A stretch of 64,000 bases of DNA from Camelus ferus (lineage: Eukaryota). Shown in pieces: positions 13,981 through 25,980 of the stretch. Within the stretch, counting starts at the first letter, position 1. Every line of letters starts with the position of its first letter. Position numbers and translations under genes: made by a program. The DNA lies in the NCBI RefSeq assembly GCF_009834535.1, contig NC_045697.1:88166001-88230000 (forward strand), written 5' to 3'. The notes below the pieces were generated by a model, which searched no databases, was not told where the DNA came from, and saw only the letters and a list, made by a program, of their open reading frames with translations.

Positions 13981-16479
13981 AAAATCTTTATGGAAACTAA
14001 AATTTGGTAGACTTTGAGTACAGGGGAGAGCACAAGGAGAAAGGATTGCCTTAGCAACTGGCTAACCCAAGATGATGGTGGAATCCTGAACTGAGCTGTG
14101 TTAAAAAGATACCTCTCCCTCCCAGACTCAACCCACTCCTCTTCCTTTAAAAATCCATACAGGGCTTGGAGTCCCAGCGGAGCCATCTCCTTCGCTATCT
14201 GGGAACATCAAGGCAGCTTTCCTTTGTGGTCTGTGGTTAAAGACAGCAGAGGCTAACAGATCCCATCTGCCTGGCTCTGGGCTGTGATCCCCTTTGCTGG
14301 CGTCTCCGCTGTGAGGACAGCGCTCAGCAAGTCCGGTGGGGAGCCTTCATGCCTTCTCTGCTGCCTGTTTCCTGGGAAGCGTGGCAGGTCTCCATCACTT
14401 CTCTGAATAAATCGCTAGTCTGCCAGGCCAGCAAATTCTTTAGATTTTACGCATCATACAGTGTCAAAAGTAGAATAAGTCCGAGTCTCCCACACCTGAT
14501 CTTCCCCCTCCTTGTACCTCCACCATCACCAGCTAACACAGGGTCTTTCTTTTCATTGAGAGCTGCCAGCTGTGCAAAGGGAGATAAAATAACCGCCCTC
14601 CCAGCCAAAGGGTTCAGTAAGCATGAGAGTGTGTTGATGAGATGGGCTGTGGCTGTGGCACCTAGATTACAAATCCAGTTTTGAAATTGCCAAGGTGCCT
14701 TAATACCATAAACAAACACTATAAAATTTTTAAAAATTCCATCTCCCTTATCTGATTGAGACTGATCCAGGTTATCTTGACAGCTAAATAGCAATGCATT
14801 TTAAATGAAACAGGAGGCAAATCTAGATACTTTATTTAAGCATAGAAGTGGGGGAGAAACACTCTAGTGCCTTATCTCACAGAGTCCCCTAGGGAAAAAT
14901 AATGTTATTCTCAAAGAAAAATTTTAGCTGACAAAAGTGGCCAGTTGATAATCCTATAGCCTTTAATAATTTATGTACCTAATTTTAGCTTTAAAATGCA
15001 ATGAGTTAAATTTGATTTTAAAGTTGAGTGTAGTTTGAGTCAAGATAAACTGATAAAATGCAGCAAAATAACTCCCAGGGCTCTCCAAATTGCCTTCCGC
15101 TGATATCAGAATAAAAGTGAGATTGAACACTGGATAAACTAATTTGAGTTTATAACATTTTACTCCCACAGAGGCACTCTTCTTTGATAGATGAAGGACT
15201 AGCCGCTGCATATTTACTTTGTGATGTACACTGATGTGATCTCTAGGGTTTCTTACCTGGATGCATAACAGACATACTTGACCCATGGAAAGCCCCAAGA
15301 AACAGCTTTTCTCCTGTCTTTTTTCCCAATCCAAAATTTAGCAGTGCTGCATTTTGTACAAAGACACTGGTTCAATGAATTAGCAATTACCTACGTTTTA
15401 AAGAAAACTTACTGAAAAATTAAATGTATCATATAGTCATTATTGAAGAGACAGAATCCACAAATCAATCATTTTAATACTAGCATAATCATGCTATAAC
15501 TTAGATTTGCTTATAACCATTTGCTATGATTCATAGTCAGTTAGATAGCATATCACATCACTAATAAATTTATAAATAGTCAAATGTATAGCACAAAGAA
15601 AACCTATCTAACTGAAAGTAGAATTAACAAAAAGCAAAAGTATTTTAAAATGTTGGTTCAAAGAAACTGACCATTTTATGTTTTTTAAAAAGTCATTGGA
15701 AGCAGAGGTCACTTGTAAGAGCAATTCTGTGCCATACTCAGTGAACATGGATAAAAAGAAAGACACTTGATTTGCATGCAGTATAGATCACTGAGCAATT
15801 TTAGAGAACTGCTGGTCTCTGGTATGATAGGAAAATGAGCATTACAGTCTTGAATAAAATTTACAGAAATAGTCTCAGGATGGTAAATTGCCTATAAACT
15901 CTTGTCTAGTAGAAAGCATTCCAAAATACTGAATAACATCAAAGAAATGTGTATATATCATGAGTTCTCCATCAGAGTCTAAAATTGACCTACCTAATCA
16001 GTGCCGTAATTCTTTCACTTGATGATAATTACTTTTTACATTAACTTAATTCTCAGATCTCATCTTCAGGTCTTTTCATCTCTCCTCTATCTGCTCTAAT
16101 TTCTTTTAAGACAGCTTTGCCAACTCATTTTCCTGTTGTATTGTGTTAAATTAAAAAACTATTCGCTGTCCAGCTGTATGAGATTAAATGATGCAGTAAC
16201 TATCTGCACCAGTGTTTCTTTAGGTCACTGTCATCCCTAAAACATCAACTGGCATTATTCTTCATAATGATGCACTTTAGGTGGATACAGTATTCTCAAA
16301 CGTTTTGATTCCTTCTGCAGTAAACATTTGTCAGTTATTTGATGTGCAAAGGCATAATATTGATATTATCATAGAAACTAAGTTACTTTTAAATTAATAA
16401 TTAAATAAATCTTGTAATTTCTGAAATATGCAAAAACATGGGGAAGGTATCTTCAATCCTGATATTAATCAAATAATTG

Positions 16480-17020
16480 CAAATTTTAAAAGTGAGTTAC
16501 CATTGTTCAGATATTCCAAGTGATTAAACAAAGTGTGTTTAGGAGCATTTGAGATTATTATAATTGGCCCAGCTTTCTTGGAGGACCATTTGGTCTCATG
16601 TTTTAAAGATACTAAAAAGTGTGCTACCCTAATCCACAAATCCCATTTCTAGGAATATTTTCTAAGGCAATAGTAACAAGTTTTGTATGTATATCTATAT
16701 CTATACATATGTATGTAGATACATATATATCATGCTTCATTCAAATAATAAAGTGATATAATAACATTAGAATAACAATCTGGGAAGTATATACATTTAC
16801 TGATAAGGAGGGATGTTTATGTTTTATTTTGACTGGTAAGAATAACAGCAGTTGACAAATTATAAGCAATTTGTGTAAGAATTGTTATACATATGAGTAG
16901 AAGTGTCTAAAATGTATACACTAAAATATTGACAGTGGTTTTCTTGGTAATTGAATTGTAGAAGATACTAGTTTTTTAATCTCTGTTTAACAATATTTTC
17001 AGATTTTCTACAGTAACTAT
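16480..17020 (+). mobile_element. Old L1 (L1ME-like) 3' fragment
   Basis: ctttcttggaggaccatttgg...aaatcccatttctaggaatattttctaagg...tatacactaaaatattgacagtggtt. Confidence 0.6.
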
Positions 17021-17812
17021 GGATCATATGATTTTTTTTAAACTTCCTAAGATAAAAAAATAAGAATTTATTACTGGCATATTTATTCATGATCTATTCA
17101 TTAAAGACAATGAGCAAAAATATTTCATTCCTCAGGTAAGTTTGAAAAAAATCTGTGTATACTCTATACATGGTATTTTTCCACCTTGGTGACAACCACA
17201 TCCTTTACTTCTAATGATCTCTTCTTCCAGGTAGTCTTGTGAAACCATTTATAGGAATTGCCATTTGTCATTGAAAGGGCAGGTGATTGCAAAAGTAGAT
17301 CATCTCCAACGAATGATGAGTGTTTGAAGGAATTAGCCCAGGGAAGAGAAAATATATTTCTGGGGCAGTAAGGAAACCCTTCAGGGCTGCCATCAGTGCA
17401 ACGGTGACCCTTCAACATGTTTCATTAAGAAAGGGACCACTGTCACTAAGAGACATGATAGGGAAGAACAGTCCAGTCATCTTAGAGATGGGAATCCTTG
17501 GTGGATCAGTCCAAATCTCTCATCTTTTTTAGTAAAATGAAAGCATACCTTCTGCATGTGGTCAGCCTGATCTGTGAAGTAGAGCATATCATTCTTTCCT
17601 CAAGCATGATTCCCATTGTTCCATCCACTGAGTGCCAGACATTTTCTCATGATGAGACTATGTTCTGTTTTTCTAAACAGAGTCCATGGGAAACTGATAA
17701 GCAAATGCTGAGCACTCCTTGCTTCTATGTCAGCAGAACTTTGTCCAAGGCTATGTCTTTGTGGATGGCAATCTATGTAGTCAGATTATTCATCAGAAAA
17801 TATGTAAATTCT

Positions 17813-17983
17813 GGGGGAGGGTATAGCTCAAGTGGTAGAATACATACTTAACATGCACAAGGTCCTGGGTCCAATCCCCAGTACCTTATCCAAAAACAAA
17901 CAAACAAACAAACAAACATACAAACCCAGTTACTTCCCCCTCAAAAACAATTTTTTTAAACATAACCAAAAAAAAAAAAAAAA
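17813..17983 (+). mobile_element. tRNA-Ala-derived SINE (camelid Vic-1-like), young
   Basis: Head with Pol III A box (tagctcaagtgg) and B-box-like ggtccaatcc, a (CAAA)n linker and a poly(A) tail. Perfect 19-bp TSD cagaaaatatgtaaattct at 17794-17812 and 17984-18002. Confidence 0.92.
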
Positions 17984-18129
17984 CAGAAAATATGTAAATT
18001 CTACGAGAATGGAACCATTTCTTATCCATCACTTTATATCTAGCACTAGGTACAAAGAAGTCATTCAGTTAGTACTTGTTGAATGAAGGAATGAATGAAT
18101 CAAGAGTGAATAATGAATGAGCACATAAA

Positions 18130-19170
18130 CTAAACAGTAGTAACTGAAAGAGAAGTGCTTATACATTAATGGTCGTGAAAAACAATGAAATCATAAAACA
18201 CCATCAATTCTAGTAACCATTTAGTATGTGATGAATATGATGTCAGAAAATCACAGGGAATATTATAATTATTTTCTAAAAAGTGCTAAATTAACTAAAT
18301 AGCAATTAGATAAAGCAATTTAATCCACATTATATGCCATACAACAAAATTCCATATGATCTAAAGTGCCACATAAAAAAGAAAATTAAGTATTCATTAA
18401 CTCTCTGAAGTAGAGCTAATGAGTATGCGAAATGATAAATACCTAAACTTCCTAACATAGAAGCAATGGAAGAAATGCTCAACTAAACAATCAATATTCA
18501 GCAGTATAAAAATTCCGAACTACTGTAAAATTTTAAAAGTGGTTAAAATTTTGCATTTTTGCAAATTGATTATAAAATTGGAAAAAAAAATACTCCAGTG
18601 ACTATAGAAAGTGCACTTGGTAAACCAGCATGTTGAAAAGTCTGTAATTTCAATAATTAGGAATCAATAGAATTGGGAAAAAAAAAAACCAGTATGGCAC
18701 CATTTTTCACTTACTGAATTAGCCATTAAAAACTGTAACAGCTAATGACTGCTCTTTGAGAGCATACTAAAAATTGGTAAAGTAAGTCATACTTTGTTGA
18801 TAGCAAAGTAAATTAGCGCTATCCTTTTGGAAAACAATCTGTCAATATATTTCAGTGTGTCAGGTACTTTAAAAATGTTTACATACTTTGTTCTAATATT
18901 ACCATTTTGTAAGATTCACCCATTTGAAAATAACACACAAGAAATACCTCTCTGTATTCATTGCATTTTATTTATAGAAGTTAGAAAAGGGTCAGAAAAG
19001 TCCAAAAATAGAGAAAAAAAGTTAAGTAATTTTGGAACACACATTCAAAGGAGTATGAAGGAGCAATTTCAATGAAAGTTATGGACATGAAAAAATTATG
19101 GATAAAAAACGAGCACAACATGACATACATAATATGATTGCAGCTATGTAAAATATATGCATCTGGGAAA
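18130..19170 (+). mobile_element. Old L1 (L1ME-like) ORF2 end and 3'UTR fragment
   Basis: A-rich strand with caccatttttcacttactgaattagc...tcatactttgttgatagc...ttttggaaaacaatctgtcaatatat. Confidence 0.6.
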
Positions 19171-19199
19171 GTGGGATGGAATCACTTTCCTATGAGGTG

Positions 19200-19489
19200 G
19201 GGAGGATAGCTTTACTTCTTGCTTTTTCCATCCTGTTGTCTGGAGTAGAGATTTATGCATTCCAGAGGCTTCTTTCACCTTGAGGGGGAGAGTAGCATTG
19301 AGGGACAGTCAGGCCTCGAGCTGGGAGTCTGAGGCCCTGCAGACACAGTGAAGCTGCCACACCAGCCCGGGGCGTTACTTCAGACTACTTATCTCGGCTT
19401 TTATTGTTTAAGCTCAGCTGTTTGGGTCTTTCTGTTATTATTTGTTTGTTTTGGCTGTATGCATCGAGCCTAATCCTAAACAATATACA
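19200..19489 (+). mobile_element. Old MaLR LTR fragment (MLT1H/J-like)
   Basis: 3' end ttattgtttaagctcagctgtttgggtctttctgtta...cctaatcctaaacaatataca. Confidence 0.6.
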
Positions 19490-22400
19490 AGAAAAAACAA
19501 TCTGGGATTCATTCTATATTTAGCATGAACAAGCAATTCCAGGTTTAATTACAATTTTAAACTAAATATTAATATGTTTATTTGGACCATAGTCTGTTAT
19601 GGTGCCTCATTGACTTATCATACATTAGTTTTGAAATGCCCTGTTTATCAAGGAGTTTACCAAAAATATGAAACAGTACTCTGCAATATTTTGTCATTAT
19701 TAATAATCATTAAATTCAGCAGTTTTGTAAGTAGTTAATCTAACTCGATTCATATTTTTTCTTGTTTCCAGTTCAGTTCCCACCCTAACAATGAGAACAG
19801 TCCTCTGTTTTCAGGTTTTTTCTCTCTGTTTCAGAACCATCCTGGTCCTCTCATGGGAACAGGCTAACTCTGTTGAGTTTCAGCAGTCACAGAGTATGTT
19901 CCCAGGACAGACGGCCCGTGTACACTGTGACGTGTACACAGTTCCCAGCTCAGATAATACTACATGCTAACAAGCAGATGCATACAGCTGGCTGTTTAAA
20001 AGACTTGGCAAAGTCCACTCTTTGTTCAGCTCTCTTACGATTCATCCTTACAGGATTTTTCTGAATATCTTACACTGAGTTTATTTTATACAAGAATATC
20101 TAAGAAGAGAAAAAAATTAAATACAAACACATGATACATATACAGTGATTTTTTTTTTCACTTGGGCCATCAAAACCTCAATGTCATCTTTTTTAGAATT
20201 AAAATATTGTGATGATACTTATAACAAATCAAGTATAATTAGGCATTCAGAAAAGCCAGAGATGTTTGTGAAAATAAGTGCTAAGTCAATGAACTAAAAA
20301 GCAAAAAGTAGATTTCATTTTGGCAAGTCAGCTAGAAAATATGTGAACATGGAGAAAAGCAAACTTTGCAAAGCTTCCACTTGACTATACACGAAAACAA
20401 TAGCATGTAATTTAAAATATTCTGTACCAGTTCTAGTGCTACATGGTCAAAAGAAAATAGCCTCTCCTTAAGGATTTATAATCTAATTGGTCACAGCTTG
20501 AAGAGACAGAGGAAAGAGAAGGAAATAAAGAACAGAGGAGAGGAAGGAAGGAAAAAAGAAAATAGAAAATAGATGATGCTCTGTTCAGTTAAAATATCTA
20601 GTAAATGCCAAAGACAGCCATACTTTGTATCTAGATATACACACATGCCTACATATACATATATGTGTACATATGCACATGTATGTCTACACCCATGCAT
20701 ACGTATATGTGTATAATTTTATAAGCTAAAAAAATCTCTTTGGAAGAATCATAAATGTATGTTTCACCATTTTAAGGTTATATATAATGAACAATTAGAA
20801 ACTCAATTCAAAAGTGAATCCATGAAGTATTTTTTAATTGGGTAAATTTTGTCAAAAGTTGTACACAAGAGTCTGAGTCAATTGATCCTGCACAACTTTC
20901 CATGATAGAATATTTAGTTGAGGAATTATTCACTAGGAAGATGGGTAACTCAGCAGTTGCTATTTACATCATCAAGCTAGTAGGGTAAAACTTAAAATTT
21001 TTCAAAACTACAATCAGGAATGTAGTCAGAAAAAAGTAATACATAGGACAGAAAGTTAAAAGGGTTAAAGTCCCAGCTTCAGCTCTAATGACCTCTCCCC
21101 TAAAGAGCCGGTTTTGACAGCCTGGCCTGCTTCCTCTGGGCAAACATGGCAGTTGGTCGTGCCTCTGATACGATGCCATCATCTGGAAGTGCAGGGTTAT
21201 AAGGCGTTAAGCCTCACTAGAAGAGTACTCCTGGAAGATGGATCAGGAGAGATGTTCCCAATAGAAAGAACATCCATATTAATAGAGGAAATGGCAATAG
21301 CTCATTCCATTTATGTAAGTAAAGAGCCATAACACAGGAATATTCAGACGCTGGCTTCTGCTGTGGCTGCCATCTGGTAGGTCACAGTGTGGGAAAAACA
21401 AGAGCTGTGACATGGGAGGATAAATCATAAGCCTGGGAACTGGAAAATCAGAATTCTGTTTTTGATTTTAGTTGCTGAATTGCTACATGAACTTGAACAT
21501 GCTGAGTGCATTACTTTCCTCATCTATGAAGTGGGGCTAATAAAATTTCCAGTAAGACAATGCAGGGATGAATGAATATCTGTCAGTACAGAAAGTCCTC
21601 TGGACATATTACTATTTTGAGGCAACCTCACAGACTATTTTTCCCGTCTCAGTTTTCCCCTGTATTCAAGTATGGCTGAATTTCCTGTTACTTTGCAGTT
21701 TTATAGAGTCTGTGTTTGATATAAATCTGCGTTTCCCAAGCTGCTGAGTACAGTGATTATTCTTGCCTTCAGTGAGAAATTCTGCAGATAACAGAAATAA
21801 TTGGAATTGAGCAGCTGCTAGCTTTGCCATTTTTAAACAATTATGAATGGTTTCATTTTGTGTATTATTTGCTGCTCTTACATTCTCTTTTCTTGTGTTC
21901 TGGAGCTAAAGACTTTCTGTTATAAGCCTATAGAGATTAAGAATGTAATTAAGAAGCAGTAGAACTTTTAGCTGGCACAACTTCCAGCAAAGACGGCAGA
22001 AAAAACACCATTGAGCGGGAAAGACACCTTAACCCAGCAATCCTGCACAAAAAGGCAGTACAGATGTGGGGGGAAAGGAAATGGAGAGAAATATTTGACA
22101 CACGGGAAAGAATGCCCATCCCCCAGGGGGAACTCAGCAACATAACCAGGCAAGTGCAGCAGATATGTAACTGGGGAAGGTATGGGCTTTTCCATACACC
22201 TCTAGCAACTACTGTGTTGATCACCTTTGGCTTTGTGGCTATTCAGGCGGGCGTGTCTTGCAGAGCACTTACTCTCTACCAGGTAGCACTTTTCAGTAGC
22301 AGCTTTGCTAACGTAGATTCCCCTAGCCGAAATGCCATTTCCTTTCCTTTCCCTGATTCTTGAAAACCTCGGTGGAGATATCTCAAACCTTCCTCAGGTG

Positions 22401-24594
22401 GAAATATTCGTTCTGTCCTCATGTCTGTAATAGAACAAAAATCTCCTTATGTCAGAATTACTTATTTTCTCTCTCCAGCTTTATATGAGCTACTTGAGAA
22501 TAGGGATCTTATTCTCCTTCGTGCCTGCACTGCTGGTTCCTCACCCAGTGTTCCTGCCACCATGGTAGATGCTGCGTAAATGTTGGGTGGCCTCTCAGCC
22601 TTTGGGTAAAAAGAGAGAAACGTGTGACTCAGTGCCAGCTGACGGCACCAGGTGCCGCTCTCACTGCCTGACACGGACCAAGCGCATTTCTGTTTTATCA
22701 GGAGTATCATCTGTGTTTATGGAAGCCCCCATGCTTCCTCTTTCAGAATTCATAAGTAGCTGTTCTCTCCTCATGGTACTACAATGTCAAAGCAATAAAA
22801 GCATCTTACATCACAGACTTGGCATTAGATTAGCTCAGTGAGAACATTTTCCATATAAAGATCAATGAAGAAAAATCCAGAGCAGTTACTAATTAAATGG
22901 AGAGAAAATGTTTTTCTGGTTCAGAGCCAATAGATCATTTTCATTAGCAAGATGTTCAGCATCTCCCTCCAGCAAAGTGCCCTGATTTTTAGGGAACTAA
23001 GGTTATTGAATTTTTAGAAAGACTTGGGGGGGGTCCCCTAATTTAAGAGATGACTCTGGGGCAGGTAGATGTCCAGTACTGGGGTGGCACAGTGCTTTGC
23101 TTTTTTTGTGGTGGGCACTCAGTGGATAAATAAATGTTAAGATCTAGAGGATACAAATGTTTCTAAAAACAAAATCTGCTTGGGCTGTGCTAAAATAATC
23201 TGGGTGATTTCAAATTGAAGCTACCAGATATGTTACATTCTTCAGCCAAGTCACTAACGGCAGTGCACCGTGCCAAATGCTGAACTGTAGAAATTATGAC
23301 ACTCATTTATGAAATGATACCCACTGTGCCCCAGTTTTCAAGAATGACTAAATAAACAATAACACTGGCAACTTTACCAAAATTGCATCCTATCACAATT
23401 TGTTGACATTAAGAAACACAAGTTTATAAAAGTAAAGTGAAGATTTTCTTTTTTTCTTTTTCACATTTTTTAACTTTATCACAGCCTCAAAATGCTTTTT
23501 GTTCTCTGTCCTATGTTATATGAGCCTCACTACTCTCTTTTAAGTAATGATAAACAGTAGCTTAAGTAGATTTCAGCAAATGTCTAAACTAGTCTTTCCA
23601 AGTGATTTCTGAAGAAATCCAAATTTCTCCAGAGCTGGTCTGGAACCGAACTTGTAGTATCTCTGAGTTATGCCTGTTTATGTGTAACATCAGTGATAGT
23701 CTGCTTAGAATCACATTACTATTTTCTGTTATATTCTCCAGGCATTAAAACAGACAAAACCCTGGGTGGATGGTGCAGTGTTGAGGAAACCAGAATTTGG
23801 ATCATATTTTCTTACATTTTCACTGGATAAAACAAGTTTCAGGCAGTGGCTCTTCCCTTCCTGTCTTATTTGGCTTTGGGCTTCCTAACTTAAGGTGAAT
23901 TACTGTTTATCTCCTTGAAATCTTCCCACAAATCTACATTCTTATTACCACGTCTATGATTAATTTAGGTAAATAAAATTTTTTCATTGGAATAAATGTT
24001 TTTCATATAAATAAGTAAATACATTCCACAATCCTAAGCTTTACATCAAAAATTATACTTTCTCAAAATAGTAAAGGATCCCTAAAATAAATCCCAAACC
24101 ATCAGTTGTGCCAATTATGATAAATGTTTTCTGACTCAGATTTGTTAAAGTGAGTCTTTCTTTCCACACTCTTACTGCCAAGCAGGTTCTTGTTCTGGCC
24201 AAGGAAGGTAAAGAGACCTCCAAGAATATTTTAGATATTTAAGTCAAATCAAACATACCAAAAAAAGAAAGAAAAGTAAAGAAAGCCTTTTCTAGGTATA
24301 ATGTATTGATTTTTCTCTAAAAAGGTTGGGAAAACCTCCATGAAAGTCTCTACGTTTTCAAACACCTTCCCCACGTTACACAGTAAACTCACCACGTGCG
24401 TGGTGTGGTAGAGCCTTAAGACAATATGCTGCCTAAATCCTCTCCCCACAGTCCTAAAGCCCTTGTGAATTTTTATTTAGCTTTCTTTATCTCTTCCATG
24501 GCTAAATTAAAAACAAAACAGAACTCTGCCCTGCAAATCTTTTTTTAAATTCCTTTCTTTGCCACCCCAGTTTCCACTTTCTTCATCTTTAGCA

Positions 24595-24609
24595 GCGTGC
24601 GTGCGCGTA

Positions 24610-24646
<37 letters not shown>
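24595..24646. repeat. Alternating purine-pyrimidine tract, (GCGT/CG)n followed by (CA)n
   Basis: 52 bp of strict R/Y alternation read directly. Confidence 0.93.
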
Positions 24647-25779
24647 CACATAATGAAGGTGCAAGGGGGCACAGACAGAAACAAGCAGGATCTGATTTCC
24701 TTCTGCATAGACTGCAGAACAGGATACATTGGGAAATTAATTTCAGTTAACTCATGTGATAGTAGCTTTCGGAAAGCTGTAGCCCAGAAATAAGTCACTT
24801 TTTCCTAAATGTAATGTGAGAAGATTCCACTGAGAGACAAAATGCCACTATTAGAATGGCAAGGAGCACAAGCGTGTCTGGATGAAACCTGTCCAGAATC
24901 CCTAACGTGTCTGAAAAGCCCAAATGTTGTTCGGCAGCTCCAGTTGGTGGCTAACCTAAAGAAGGATTAAAGCCTGCATTTGAAGCTCCCAGAAATCACC
25001 TTGTGGATGTGTCATTGCTGAAAACGTGTTTTTTTCCCCATTCTGTAGTTTAAAAAAGAGCTGGCAAACAACAAGAACTACATCATAAATCAAAGCTACA
25101 AGCAGAGCACACATTAGAGTCAGGCCATTGTGATAAGAATTTCTACAGCAAAACTCCAGTTAATAAGAATTCAAATGGATGAATGTAATCATTAACATAA
25201 GCACTTAAAAACAAAATTCTCCTGATGTTTTAATTAGTGCTTTCACTCACAATTAGATGTATTGTTGGAATAAACATTATACTCCCAGAAACTCCATTCA
25301 TGTGTGATGCATGAATAATCTAGTAGGAGAAAGAGGTGGGGACTTTGCATCTCAGTAAAGAGCATAAAGTTCTTCTCTGTTTAATCTAAATTCTGTCACT
25401 TACTGAAAGAAATTAGCAGAAGCAATTTTCTTCATGTCTCCTTACCCCAAAACAAAGGAAAATACAACAATTAAAAGCAGCAAAATCTGCATCGTCTCCC
25501 AAATCACTTGAAAAACTGCCACGTGTTAATTTCAGGATTAGTTCTTATCCAGGGCAATAAGAACTCTCGGGACAGAAGCGTGGGTACCAGCAATTTCTGC
25601 AACCCTTGGCATCTGGAAGAAGATGGTTACAGCATTGAGGGTGATTGGGCATGTAGGGATGGGAAAAGACATCCTCGGGGAACTACATTTCTGTCTGTGC
25701 ACTAGAGTCACCTCTGAAGAGGGACTGATGGGGCCTTCCATTATTAGTCCTGACATATCAACACAGTGCTATTCTAAAC

Positions 25780-25980
25780 CAGAGGTCAGAAAATATTTTC
25801 TGTAAAGAGTCAAATAGTAAATGTAGGCTGTTCAGCCCATAATGATCTCTCTTACGACCATTCACCTGTGCCCTTGAGAATACGTAAATCAATGAGTGTG
25901 TTGTGTTCCAATAAGATTTTATTTAAAAAAGCAGGTGACAGGTTTGATTTAGCCTGTGGATTTTGGTTTGCTAAGGCCTG
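25780..25980 (+). mobile_element. MER58A-like hAT-Charlie MITE
   Basis: cagaggtcag...cctg termini, internal ttttctgtaaagagtcaaatagtaaat and gtgttccaataa. 8-bp TSD ttctaaac/ttctagac. Confidence 0.88.

Noticed and set aside
15251..15260. Isolated strong minus-strand donors (15257, ~50838, ~54120)
   Set aside because: No convincing paired acceptor, and such motifs are expected by chance at this scale.
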